A stretch of DNA of 62,415 nucleotides, filler included, from Choristocarpus tenellus KU-1152 (taxonomy: Eukaryota; Protista; Phaeophyceae): the NCBI GenBank assembly GCA_964200185.2. It is 12 parts of 12 records of this genome, joined end to end, with 100 filler letters (N's around TTAATTAATTAA, not from the genome) between each part and the next. Parts side by side here need not be neighbours in the genome. Positions count along the whole stretch, not along the records: positions 21,778 to 26,939 come from CAXNAD020011658.1; positions 27,040 to 30,083 come from CAXNAD020022732.1; positions 30,184 to 36,861 come from CAXNAD020007583.1; 9 more parts are not named here. The stretch is one strand, 5' to 3'. The notes below the pieces were generated by a model that saw only the letters and a list, made by a program, of their open reading frames with translations, was not told the DNA's origin and did no database searches. How positions within the stretch are numbered: the stretch's first letter is position 1; the number at the start of each line of letters is the position of its first letter. The position numbers and the translations under genes were made by a program. Shown here one piece after another: positions 21,798 through 35,245 of the stretch.

Positions 21798-24700
21798 AAT
21801 AATGCGACCTATTTGTACTTAAGCATTTTATTTTGCATCGATAGGTGTTGCTGGTGAGGTGTAGTCAGAGTCAGTCAATCTTTTTTCCCCTTACACTCTT
21901 TGTTCTCCGTCAGACGTAACGCCAGGGCCCATTCTCTACGTATTTGTGGTGTGAACCACTAGGACTCACGACTCGAAGTAGATTGACTCAGGCAATTTAC
22001 ATTTACTCGATTTGAGTGTTGGTGCACAATGCAATTGGCACATTGTGGTGCGAGGCAAAAATCCTGGTGAGGGGCCCAGTCGGAGTTGACTTTTTTTTTC
22101 TAAATTGATTTTTTGTGTTCTCTCTCCGCTGGCAAAATCATGATCTCCTGCAATAGGTGAGGTGGGATACTTATTGCCCTTATTTCGTTTGAGGAGAAAG
22201 ACTGAAGAATACGTGACTGTGTGGGTTTGTAAGGAGAAAGGGATCTCTTATGATTTTGAAACAGACGTTTCAGTAGAGTTATTGCTACTACTCCTCCTCC
22301 TCCTCCTACCTCTCCTATTATTATTAGACGCCCAGTGACATCTTTGCGATGCCATTGGAGGAGAGGATAGAAAGGTATATTGAACGCAGCGGTGATCAGT
22401 GACCAACATAAACTGCTTTGAATAGAGAGGTCACAGTAGTCGTACAATGAAGAAATAAGGCCCCTTTGAAGAAGGTGCATGCACAATCGCCATAGCAGTA
22501 ATTATGACATCGATCATAAAATGACAAGAAGCAAGTAACCAATGACAAACAATGCGGCAGTACTCTTCAACTACTTCGACACAGCGCTGTGAATGCCAGC
22601 TCTAGAAAAATGACTCTGCTTGCACCCATCACCTGCCACTGGATTCTTCCAGTCTTGAGGTGTCAGGTTCCCTCTTGACATTCTTGGCATCATGCCATAT
22701 GTCCACCTTGAACCAGATGCTACAGGTAAGATCAAGAAGTTCCGATGTAGTAACAAGGCCCAATCTAATACCTACCAGTGTAGTAATATTCCCAGGTGAA
22801 CAGAACATACCCTCTATGTAAATACTGCCTGTAAAGTGGGAGCGCCCAAAATATGGCAGGCAAGCATTGATTACGCGTGGAGAGGAGGAAGCCCTTATTC
22901 ACCTCCACTCAAACGGGTCATTGAACCCATTTCTCTCATAACCTACCTGAAGGCAAGATTTCAGCTTGAAGGAGTCCACTCCAGCTTTGTGCTAACTGCT
23001 CCATGCCCTCTCTCATCCCGGCTTGCACCGCCCCTCCTCCACCAACAATTGAACTTCCACCACGATGTTCAAGGGAAGCACTTCTTTAGCCCTCAAGTGT
23101 CCTACTTGGACAGGGCTGCTACCTCTCTGCAGAGGCAGTGTATGCTCCGTGTGCCGTATGTTTCCAGCCATGTCTAGCCGTGAATCAAAGTAAACGGGAA
23201 GTACCCAGAGTTGCATTTTAAGGATGCTGTCAAATATGCGCAAAATTCGACCCTTTTCTTACAAATATGTACAGTATATTTTCCGAGTTGTGTCTAAAAG
23301 TTTCAAACAATAGAGAAATATACCCTTTCGAGTCGAACTTCACCCATCGAACTATACGTCGAAATATGGGTGAGAATCGAAAAATATTGAAAAATTGACT
23401 TATAATGCAAAACCGGCCAAAATCTGGGTACCTCTCGTTTACTTTGGCTCATATCCTGCCTTAGTGGCTCTACCTCGACAATGTCAATCACTTTCTGGCT
23501 CTGCCCGCCTCTAAACTAAACAATGCTATGCTCTTCTTTTGGAACACCGTAAGGATGCTCGGTCCTTGTGTTGAGGCAGGTGAACAACACCTTTGCTTCC
23601 CCCTGAGCCCATTTTTTTGTCTGCCTACGAGGAATCTCAGCGTAGTCCATGGCATTGAACCCATCCATTGTCAAGGTGGTTGACATAGTTTAGGGTTAGA
23701 ATTCATGTTATTTTTCTGCGTAGAGTCTTGTGTCCTTCTTTGATCCGGTACTAACTGGTCCTCCTGTTAACTATGGAAAGTCCGGGAAAGGGTACAGTAA
23801 GAGTAGGTTGTACCTTTTGTTGTTCGAGCTCAATGGATTGGCTACGGATGTAGGGGATGATGGAGGGCTCTAGTGGCCTTGCCATCACTGTTGGTGATGA
23901 TACAGAAAAAGGAGGAAAAAATAAAGTTGAAAAACACAATTAACGTAACTTTTCCTCTTTGTGGGTTAGATTATGTGTGATTGGTGATTAGATTAATCGT
24001 GCTGGTAAAGCTGTGGGGGTTTACCACTCTACAGATCGAAGAGCATACGTTATCCGTAAGATGCACCTCTTGATATTTACACAGCAATTTACATATAATG
24101 TTGCTTATGTACGTACAGGTACAGTTGATGATGTCATCTCTCCTCTTGATACTATCTTGTCACTTTCAAGTCTCATGTGGTGTTGAAAAGACATCATAGA
24201 GATGCTGTGATGATCTCTCTGTGGGCGGGGCAAACGATGCAGCTTAGGTTAACGTTGCTATTAGCTGGACGCTGCCACTGTAGGCTTTCTCTTTGCTGTT
24301 GTTGATCTCGTGCATTCTCCTTGTGCGTTTGCATGGTATGCGTTCTTGCACAACCTCACCTACGAGGTAAAAAAAAGAGAATGATGCAAAGTTTCAACTT
24401 GTGAGGAAACGCAAGTTCCTGAATTTGGTCATCTTGCTTCCGTGTGCACACTTGAAAGAGATTTTGCACGTGCTTTCTTTTTTCTGGTGGCAGTTACAAC
24501 TATTGTACGAACTGCTCCGTATCTGGTGACAGTTACACTTCAAAAAATATTTATATTGTAGATATTTTACTACCGTACCATCAGGGATTTCTTGGACTCT
24601 AAATACAACGTTGATGAGTTGTATTTTTCATCATTGGGGTGAATGCCTTTGCAAATATCACATGTACAGTTTCTTTGAATCTTGACAACAATAGTCCTTT

Positions 24701-27320
24701 AATTGTAAATATTTTGAGATTTAAAATGAACATCACACCATCCCGAACACAAACCAACCACAACAGTCCCACAACTAGCAGCACATCCCCACAACAGGAC
24801 ACACCGAATAATCGATCTTGTCCAGGACAACCAACACTTGGGGCGTACTCCCTCTCTCTAGAAAAATATGTTGCGCACTATTACATGGCAAAAGTCTTGA
24901 TAAAACGTTTGTGCACAGTTTCCTGATGATCACAAAGTCCCATACATTTTTCTCCGAAGGACACAATTTACACACACTACCCATTCTACCCAGTCGTGAA
25001 TAACACGTTGGCAAAGCTTTTCTGTGATGGTACCCGTGCACGCCACAGACGATATACACGTTATACACAGGGAATATTAATGATAGGATGTGTTCATCTT
25101 CCTAATTAGTACAAGCCATGCCTTTAAGTATGTATTACTTTTTATATGGATGGATAGATACGCCACATTGTCCCGCAACATATTTTCTGTCGTAACAATA
25201 GTGAAGGTAGAATTTGCCATCTCATACAAGGCGTTGGTGTATCACTTTTTTAATGATCCTGACAATGTTTGGAGTTCAATTCTCCATCATTGTGTAGCAC
25301 ATATTGTCCAACATACATCACTCGGAGCCCACTTCCCCTCTTACGCACTGTGTTAGCAAGGACAACGCCTACGATTCAATCCCTTATCTATGTCACTGTC
25401 TAGACAAAACTTCTTTCTTTCCTCTACTTACAGTGCACACTGTCGTCGACACTAAGTCGGAGGCCATTCACTCTGTCATAATATACTCCGTCGTTCGGAC
25501 AACAAACCCTTTGTCCTATGCAATGCTAGAAATAGTATATGAAATTAGCAGTGTTGGCAAGAATCTCATTGCTGCCCTGACCTGTGTGATTTCAAAGGCT
25601 GAATGAAACCCTTCACTCTTCCAAGACATAATTTTGCACAACTTATGTAAGCATTGAGGAAGGAGGGTGGAAGATGAGATCGGCTGACTATGCGCTGCAG
25701 AATACTGACTTCTATACTGTTCCTGCTAGTACCGCTCTAACAATCTAAATTTATTACTGTACTATAGCTCGATGGGCATTGATTCTGAATTTGCTGTCTG
25801 TAAGTTCATCCTGGTTACCTTTTCTTTTTTCACCTGAAACACGATCAGCCGAATTTTGACTTGCCCCCGAGCTTTTGCTTCAGCTATCCCAGAAAGTTGC
25901 ATACATGGCAACTTTGCCTAGTGTCTCTTGTCTTTTCTTAAGGTCAATTTAGTCAAGGACAGACAACACAGAGGATACTTATTTACTGAAGACAAAATAA
26001 TCAACCGACACAATCCAGCTCCACACAACTCGCCTGTCCATCTTAGTCCATCCATTCACCATGGTTTAGATCTCTCTCTCTCTCTCTCTTGGCAATATAT
26101 AATTTCTTTCAGTGATGTCCACGATACTCACCCCTATGGACCTTACTTCAGCAATTTCATTGTGCGAGAGGAACACATGCACCGGGAAGGCATTCCATTC
26201 CTCGGTTCCTTTCCCACACTTGGACAACCCACAAACGACTTTCCATCAAGGAGAACGGTTGAGAGCTCAAACAAGGGCATCATGCCCTAAAACTTGTCCA
26301 AAGCAATGGATAGCGGAGCCGGACTGACAGTCACATTAATCAGTAAGGTTTGAAGAAATTTCACGCCACAGCTTTCATGACTTTGGGGGTGCATATTCAC
26401 CGGATGAGGGTGATGACTTGTGTCACAAATGCACACCTCTTCTTGTCTGGCTTGCTTTGCACGCAGCTCAATAATACATACTTTCAAACAATATGGTTCC
26501 ATACAAAAAAGGTTAACGAAGAACACCTACTACCTCAAAGCTACAACCACAACACCATGAGGGGCAGAGGGCAATAACAAACAAGCATGACCTACAAAAT
26601 AACAGCCTGCTCCCACAAAATCCTACCAGATTGTCAATCAAGCCTTCACTAAGGGTCAAAGATGGCCCTGCACACGTGCCCTCACTCCGTAGTCTCCTTC
26701 CACCCTCCTTCCACCCACAGTAGAAGGGGTCTAGTGCATCACTCACAGCAGGAGCCACCAAAGACAATGCAACAAGATCCTACCTGTAGACCAAACCCAC
26801 AGTTAGCCACGGAAGCTATCCCTTCCCCTCCCATACCCCTTATTCCTCTAGTAGGTCCCCTGCTTGCCCACCAATTCGCACCCCCCCCCCCCCCCCAAAA
26901 CTGATAAACTACGGCAGGCCGGGCGTCCCCCAAGGCCCGNNNNNNNNNNNNNNNNNNNNNNNNNNNNNNNNNNNNNNNNNNNNTTAATTAATTAANNNNN
27001 NNNNNNNNNNNNNNNNNNNNNNNNNNNNNNNNNNNNNNNCTGTTTTTGCGTGACTTCAGCCCCCCTAGGTGCCCCCTTACCCAGGCCTTGCCAGCCCCCC
27101 CCCCCCCCCCCCGCTCTCAAATATGCCTCATTGATCTCTAGAGCACAGCAATAGCCATCGATCTCATGGTACTGTGTTGCGGTAAGTGAAAAAGGTCAAG
27201 TGTAAGGACAATATATTGAGTGAAAATAGAGGAGTTCTACTGGGTAGGTGTGACATGTTGACCATCCCGTTGGTGTAAATATTGCCGCTTGTGCAAAGAT
27301 ATTCTAAGTGATTTGAAGCA

Positions 27321-27353
<33 letters not shown>

Positions 27354-27601
27354 TCTTGTGCATATATACATATCGTGCATCCCCAGTCCCGGAGTGAATC
27401 AAGCACTCAAAAAACCCCGGTAGGGTGACGAATCACCCCAATTTGAATAGGCAACGAACGGCAAGTTCCAATCCAATTTGTTTTTGTTTTTTTCCCGAAA
27501 ATGTCGAACAAATAAAACTTAAAATCAGACAACAGCAGCAAAATTGTTGATCACATTGTTCACCCGTGGAAGGATTTTTTTTTTCCGCCGAACGTGCACA
27601 G

Positions 27602-28475
27602 GTTTCATCGCCTGGGGAGGCAGGGGCGTGAGGTGAAGGTTCGCGAAAATGCGGAGCTAGAAGAAAACATGCGGCATAAGAAGGAGGCGGAAGAGAGGAA
27701 GCTTTTGGACAAGCTGATGGAACAGTCTAGGGTAAGGGCTTAGAATAGTTCCTTCCTGCCATCATTATTATTACCATATTTGCTTTATTTTTTTTTGTTG
27801 CTTCGATCGTAATAGTAAAAAATGATATCGATATGCTTTGCAGTATATATATATATATATATAAGATTTTTTTTGTTGATCGTTTTTTTTTGTGAATTGC
27901 TACTGTTTGCGACCTCCGACTGATGGGAGTATTGTTATATGCTGATGGGAGGAGTTGTAGTCAACCTGCTCCAGTTGTAGTCAACCTGCTCTCAGAGTGA
28001 TCTTACTGCAGCAGTTTGTGCTCTCCTTCCTTCCCCATCCAGTGATGAAAGAAGCACAATCTCCAATCACTGTAATGGCTCCAGTACCATGATTGCAACA
28101 TCGCAACATCTCTTCAACTCTGATGCCAATATCAACCTCTACTTCCCTTCAAAATTAATTCTCTCACACCTCCAACCCCCGCTGATCCCAAACCAAGCCC
28201 TAAACCTAATTCTACAGGTCCCGAACACCTTGAGCTAGAGATGACTTCAAACTCTGACGTGCTTGTCACCAGCCACTGCAGATCGCTCGTTAATATTTTT
28301 GATTTTTTTTTTCACTTGACCATAAAATAAAATAAAATAAAATAAAATAAAACAGACGAATATAAATTGGAAGTATGGTGAGGACGAACTCCAGCATAGC
28401 ATGGATGCTATCTCCAGGGCCGCGTCACTCTACACTCGGGATCGTTGTGGTGACACAATTGGCCTCATTTCACAG
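27602..28475 (+). CDS. Uncharacterised charged/coiled-coil protein, two internal exons
   Basis: AG/GT-bounded exons 27602-27731 (FHRLGRQGREVKVRENAELEENMRHKKEAEERKLLDKLMEQSR) and 28356-28475 (TNINWKYGEDELQHSMDAISRAASLYTRD...), phase-compatible. Confidence 0.6.
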
Positions 28476-28601
28476 GTAGGTGAACACCCTCCTCCCCCTT
28501 TACTCATGCTGTAGCTCGCAAATTTCGCCCTTAGCAAGTTGTTGCAGCCCCTGAGAATGTTGAGTGAACAACAATGGCACATTAAGGAGCAACCAACGTG
28601 T

Positions 28602-28604
<3 letters not shown>

Positions 28605-28650
<46 letters not shown>
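28605..28650. repeat. (CA)n microsatellite
   Basis: About 23 perfect CA units. Other simple repeats include (GA)n at 29023-29054, (CACAG)n at ~17918-17965 and (TTA/TTG)n at ~43800-43878. Confidence 0.95.
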
Positions 28651-28651
<1 letters not shown>

Positions 28652-29020
28652 GGAAATTTCTGAAGAAATTTCTTCTGAAGTGAGTGCATGAAATGTCGAA
28701 AACACATCATCAAGGCCGTTGCTGTCTCTCCTGCTCCTGCTGGAAGTTCAGCTGACGGCCCCACCCGTGGCATATGTAGAGATAATGTAGCACCTCCTGG
28801 CTCCAAGCAACCCCTACCTTCAAGTATGTGGTACGTTGTTGTTTTTTCGTGACATCAAGAGCCCCCCTCAAGTGCTGTTTGTGGGTGCCCTGTTGTGCTC
28901 ACAAGAAACGCTCTTCCCCTTGTGATGAATTGGAAATGGAGAGATGATATTTGCGGTTAGATGACAGGGAAGAATAGATTAGTATGATATCCTAGTACAT
29001 ATTTATTGCTAGGTACTGTT

Positions 29021-29049
<29 letters not shown>

Positions 29050-29058
<9 letters not shown>

Positions 29059-29315
29059 TATCTTAGAGGGTAAGAGTTTTCCCTGTTTGTCCATTTGGGG
29101 CTTGGCTTCCCACGTGTTTTTAACGATATTTTTTCCTACTCCAAAATATTTTTGAGTAGGTAAAATGTGTATATTACCAAAAGGAGTGTCTCTGGAACAT
29201 GATAGATATTGACATCTCCCAAAAAACAAGATAGCCAAAAAATATCATCAAAATTGCAACATTGGATTTTGGCCCCCAAATGGACGTGGCTCTACCCTGT
29301 AAGATGCTTTCACTC
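29050..29315 (+). mobile_element. MITE family B, full copy (266 bp)
   Basis: TIRs GAGAGAAAGTATCTTAGAGGGTA...TACCCTGTAAGATGCTTTCACTC with an internal inverted pair GTCCATTTGGGG/CCCCAAATGGAC. AGA on both flanks, but the left flank is a GA tract. Confidence 0.85.
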
Positions 29316-31414
29316 AGAGCTAAGAGTTATCCGATATTCTATCGACTGCAGTTGGAGTCCATTTATTCTAGAAGAAAAGATGTTTGGCTTTCATTTATGG
29401 CATGCTGTAAGCAGAGCCTTCAGCAATACGACGAGGCGGAAAGTATCTTACATAGTACATGTCCGTTTACTCCTTGGACTCCGAAAAATGCCATCAAGAA
29501 CACAAGTATACCATGTCTTCGAATTGTGCATTAGTATGCTTCCCACGAGTTGCATTAGGTCAGCAAAAAAAATAGCTCCGTCCAACCAAGTCAGAGTATC
29601 CTCGAGGGCGGTGGAATTTTTTCTTCTCCGTTTCGTTCTAATGAGCATTGCATAAATTTGATTCTTGGCATTTTCACAGCCCGGGCCCAAATCCGCGCAA
29701 CCTACATAAGGAGACTGTGTAGTGTATTTAGAAGAAAGGAACCTACGTATGAGTGTATTGCCACTGTATTGGAGGATGGAGGGACGTAAAAGATGCAAAT
29801 AAGAAAACGGTCGTAAGCGACAGACGCCTTCTGAACAACACCCCATTTCTAGCATACTTTTACCCACCCTAACCCTAGCCATGATCTATCAACCCCCTCT
29901 ATCAACCAAAATGACAAAAAAAGAACAGAAATGGTTGACCAATTGGTTGGAGGTGTGATGATGTGGTAGCTCCATATCCGACAGGAAGATAAGATAGATG
30001 TGTAAGTGCAGAGTTCCTGCCCAAGACATGACTTAAATCCCTGAAAAACTCACAACTGAGACCTTGCCCCACCCCCCACCCCCNNNNNNNNNNNNNNNNN
30101 NNNNNNNNNNNNNNNNNNNNNNNNNNNTTAATTAATTAANNNNNNNNNNNNNNNNNNNNNNNNNNNNNNNNNNNNNNNNNNNNCTGTGAATTGGATTTGA
30201 CTTGTACATCCTGGAAAGGTGAGCATTGAGGGGCGCCTGTAACAGCAGCGGGCACAACTAAAAGCAGAGTAATGTCTCTTTAATGACGTAATTACCTGCG
30301 AGTCTACACTCACTTACTCACAAAATATCTAGAGCAACTGGCAATCATATCACTCCCATTCATTATCGCCACCATCTCTTCTGTGTCAGACCTGCACCAC
30401 TGTGATCAAGTCAACAATACCAACCCCTGCCCAGAAAGCATGAGGTTGGGTGTATCGTTTACATAAACGAGAGACATGGTGGTACAGGGCTGGTTGAACC
30501 CAGTCCTCTATGAACTCTGCGGCAAAGGCCACCTCCTCCATAAGGAAATCTCCTTGGTACTATTAGGATGTGAAAAAGTATTTTTTTTATTACTTTCAGA
30601 ATGATAACCAAACGAAAGTTGAAGGCTCCATATCATCCTATATTATGAAATCAGACAGTCGCTTTTGGGACACGGCTTAATGCGTGCGTATCCTTTTTTT
30701 GTTAACCCCTTCGGTCCCTCTTCCTACAGCTAAATTCCGTCCTCGAAAAAAATCCCTCACGGAGGCGAGTGCAGTCGTCAACTTGGACCTACCAAGTGCT
30801 TCACACAACACCCTCGACCCGGTTGACTTCTAGATCAACACATCTTCAAATAAAATCAGTCACACCTGCAACCTTCTCCATCTGTTAGGTTTATAAAGGT
30901 AGCAACTGTGTACCTACTGTTGCACAGCACTCGATATAGCTCTAGGAATTAAACTTTATCATATACTTCAAAGATCATCGCCATGAGTATGTCAAAAGTC
31001 ACCATATAAGAGATGAAGTTTAAATTTCAAGCACGTAGTGAGCCAAAGTAAACGAAAGGTAACCAGGCTTTGGCCGTTTTACATTTTAAGCCATTTTTTA
31101 ATCTTTCGTAATTCCCCCGTATTTCTATGGATGAAGTGGTTATTTTGTCGAGTACTTATTTCTCTATTGTTTCAAAAATGTCGATACAATTCAAAAAAAT
31201 ATCCTGTATACATTTGTGAAAATAGAACGAATATTTCCACATATTTGTTGACACATATTCTACAAAAAAAGCAGCAAGAGATACACTAAGTAGAAAGCGG
31301 CAAGCATGCCAATGTAAAATTATTGATGCTGATCAATGAGCTTCACATCAAGGTCTTCCTTCCATTGTACATCTACTACTTCTGCCTGTCTTCCTAGGTA
31401 TTCAGAGCATTGGA

Positions 31415-31596
31415 GACCCGAAGTATCTGGGAGGGGGGGAAGGGGGATCTAAACCAGGGTGTCCATTTCGACCAAAATCACGAAAAGTGCATTTACATTA
31501 TCCATCCGACGTATGCAACCAAATCACCCAATAATCGCGATATGAAAAAATTGACCCCAAATGGACAGCCGCCACCTCCCCCAGATACTTTGAGCC
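31415..31596 (+). mobile_element. MITE family A, full copy (182 bp)
   Basis: GACCCGAAGTATCTGGG...CCCAGATACTTTGAGCC; flanks GGA and GGG. Confidence 0.9.
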
Positions 31597-33246
31597 GGGA
31601 GCAGCAATTATAGAGCTTCCAACTTCAACCCCTTCGATTCCGTCGACTGATCCGACTGCTGTATCTGCCATTTCTGCATTCTACAAATGTTCTTGTTTAA
31701 AAAAAAAATCTCCGCCAGACACCCTACCTTTGGACCCTGCAAGTGATATACCATGTTTTTTTCTCACAATTTTTTACGTACCCACTCTACGCTCCATAAC
31801 TCCCATATTGAACCGATTCCACCAGGTACAATCAACCTTTTTGTTGTGCAGATGGCAGTGCTCTGAACATCATGGGGTTTATCAGGCTTTCTCTCCAATT
31901 AGGTGATATCACTATCTCAGTTGAAGCTTAGTGTTGCTCACCTTACTTAAGAGCTGATGATGTTCTTCTTGATAACATAGTCCTTGATGGTGAAGGATTT
32001 GAGTTGTGTAAATATTCAATAGGCTTTTATTTTGAGAGCCATCTTCCACACACACAAGATATACCCTGAAGGTGACCTATCTTGAAGAAGCTGATATTCG
32101 TATGACATTTGTTCTTGCATGTTGAAGGTAACATCTATCTGCTTGAAGTAAGAGCGGCTGGTTTGAGGGGACCTTGCAAAAAAACCCTCATTCAGTTACT
32201 ACTTGTTCTCTCCTTTCCTGAGTGATCTTCTGAGGGATTCCTCTCCCTCTTGTCTTGTCTCTCTTCTTTTCCTTGCCTCCTGTCGGCTTGTTTCCATCTG
32301 TTTCACATTGTTGTCGAGTTCCAAGAGCAGATGAGGAAGAACGTCGGAAGACTACATTATTTGTCACGTATAATGGTAAATGGGAGTTCCATTGACAACA
32401 ATTACTATTATTTTGTTCTCTGAGGGGTGTCTTGTTCGAGACTGTAGTTGAAATATTCGCCTACACATTATTTCCTTTTATTCAAAGTGTACGTGGATTA
32501 TCTGTTTCGAATGTCGTTATCCAAAAATATTTTCTCCACTTTGGAATACAAATGCGAATACTGGTGTTTGCAAAGTAAAGAACTTTCGATCTGTTCCTAT
32601 ATTTCAACACACAAACGTAACACACAACTACTTAAGTATAAAAAAGTAATAACAACAATGATGTATATCATATGCATTCTGTTGAAAGATGAAAGGCAAC
32701 ATAATAACACCATGCGTGCTTCTGATGATGTAGTGTAGAGATGTTTGAGTCTGCATTTAACTGCTCTAATATTCCACCTTCAAAAGTTTCATTCCTCCCT
32801 TCAGAATTTTTCGTATTTCTTGATTTGAAAAAAGAATTTTCCGCAATCCTTTTCTTTTGTAGTATTATTATGATAGTATATGAAGTGCATATATTAATAT
32901 TCGACTGACGAATATAAATATTCTTGGTGAGAAAATATATTCCCTTACTATCACGATCTATACGAAATTATCCCCAAACATTCCAACTTCCATATTTTCA
33001 ACCATTGATAGTGGAATAGAGAGGAAAGACAGCGGTTGTACAACTTACTCGTGGAGAGTGTAACTCGTCATGCACTCAATGAATGTTTAACATTGTAAAC
33101 GTCTTCTTTAACAATAGAGGTAATAGAAACGATGTGAACCATATCTGAAAAACGTGTAAGAACCTGTTCAAAATGAACCATAGTGTTTTTTTGGGAAAAG
33201 TTTTTTCCCAAACTTGACCTTATTCATTAATCTAGGCTGAACCATT

Positions 33247-34890
33247 ATGTGTAAGGCTATGTGGAGGGGTTGGTGGTGTGTACTGAAGCTGAGCCCTCTG
33301 TTGATGCCAATCCTGTGGACTGTACTAGGGGAGGGGGGAAATAGCGACGAACCAAGGATATTCAGGGTTTTGGTTATCAAGACACCACGGTCAGGGTCGT
33401 CACTGTTGGCTGAAAGGCTCAATCAGGTTGCAGAGGATGTATTGTGTCCTTTGTTGGGCGATCTGCCGAACGTAGAGGATGCCCCCCTTGTTGACTACAA
33501 AAAAGTTTCCAGGAGGAGGAGCAGGCGAAGGAGAAGGTGGATAATACCGGAGTTCTTGAACAATAAATACGACACGGAGGTAAGCTTGCCTGGTAGGTTT
33601 TCTGTGGATAATGAGGTCGGGCGTTCAAAAAAAGCAGACCCTGTGAGACTCTTTGCTACCTTACACACAACTATTTGCTGTGGCACTTTGAAGATATGAA
33701 ACAATTTTAGTGCACGATGGATCTATCATTCCGTCCCAGGACACCGCAGCGACCCAGCTGGATCACTTCAAGGAGTTGATGGGTTTCTTTCCAGAATGCG
33801 CCAATAGCAACGTGGGTGAGATCATTGCACTGACTGCGTAAACGATAACCTCAGATCATTCCAAGCCTATCATTACTACTTGCCCTCAATAATCTACTGA
33901 ACTCGCTCCCTATTGAACGACTGACATCACGAGAGGCATAATATCCGTATCTATCGACGGAATAGAATGCTTGTGGTTGCTGTTGCTTCATTCCCCGTGT
34001 AGCCAAGACTCAATGTTTGGTCCGATGTTAGTACATTCCACCTGGTTTCATGAACATTAATCGATAGAACTTGTTGAACTTAAGATGGTCCGTTTCCAGT
34101 GAACGATGATGCTGGATGTTTGTCGAAGACTCACCCATACCACAATGTTTCAATGTGCAGCAGTTAGAACTCGAAGATGGTCGAGCAAAACTCAAGTCAA
34201 GACAGATACTAAGCTTGGATTCAGTACCACAAATACCTGTCTTATTTATTTCTGTATCGCAACCTTGATGTGAAAGCCTTAACCTCTCTCCCGCGGACAT
34301 ACAATATTCTTTCTTGTACACACGTACGAAATACTTCAGTAGGACCTTGACCATCGTAATCATTGTTGTGGATAGCACAAAAGATGTTCCATTCATATCG
34401 TTCGGAGGTCAAGAGGTTGATAGGATCGATAGTCCATCCTTCTGGATAGTGCCTCTCAGAAACAAGTGCTCTAGTGTCACACACTACAGAGTCTAAGTCC
34501 TTTATACAACCGAATGTCTGTCGGAATGACTGGAACAGGGCATCAGTGTATTACTACTCCCTGCCACGAACTTTCTTTCTACCACCATTGGATCACACTT
34601 CTGTATTACACCGACCATGCAACGCTTCAGGGCATCAACAGGACAGACTGGAGAAGAAATGCAGCAGGCCTGCTTTGAGATGTCATGGGGGGACAATGTT
34701 GTATGGCGTTACCTTAAACCCCGTCAAGGACCCAAACAAAGATCGGGTGGGAATTTTCTTCAACCATGTGCGCGATTTGTTTGCAGGAGTGTCGTCATCA
34801 GGTCGGACACTGGTTTGGATCCATGTGCGAGACAATGTTGTACGCCAGGCAATTTCTGCCCTCAAAGAACAGTACTTCGAGAAGAACAAG
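33247..34890 (+). CDS. Stf0-like sulfotransferase with a hydrophobic N-terminus, first three exons
   Basis: Exons 33247-33579, 33740-33815 and 34631-34890 (GT-AG, phases 0 and 1). 5'-PSB loop KTPRSGSSLLAERL and 3'-PB motif IHVRDNVVRQAIS. Confidence 0.8.
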
Positions 34891-35073
34891 GTGAGTTAGT
34901 GGGTTCTATGAAGACGTGACTAGACTCTGCAAAAAAAGAGGCACCTGATCCTTATGGGAAAAATCAATATACTCGAGTAGTAGGGTTGGTTTGGGGTCGA
35001 GATCTAGTCTTCAGGGCAGTTTTTTAGACCATTCAATGAGATGCTAAATATTCCGATGTTTCACCACCTGAGT

Positions 35074-35245
35074 GACCCAAAGTATCTGGGGGTTAGTATC
35101 TGGGGGTTGTCTACACCAGGGTGTCCACCATAACCAGGAAAAGTGCACTTTCATTATCCATCCGACGTATGGAATCAAATCACGGCGACATGAAAAAATT
35201 GCCCCCAAATGGACAGTCGCAACTCCCCCCCAGATACTTCGAGCC
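35074..35245 (+). mobile_element. MITE family A, full copy (172 bp) with 3-bp TSD AGT
   Basis: AGT|GACCCAAAGTATCTGGG...CCCAGATACTTCGAGCC|AGT. Confidence 0.9.

Noticed and set aside
22580-25600. Possible LTR-retrotransposon pol remnants (HFFSPQVSYL on +; integrase-like traces on -)
   Set aside because: Too degenerate to support by eye; needs a translated search against TE libraries.
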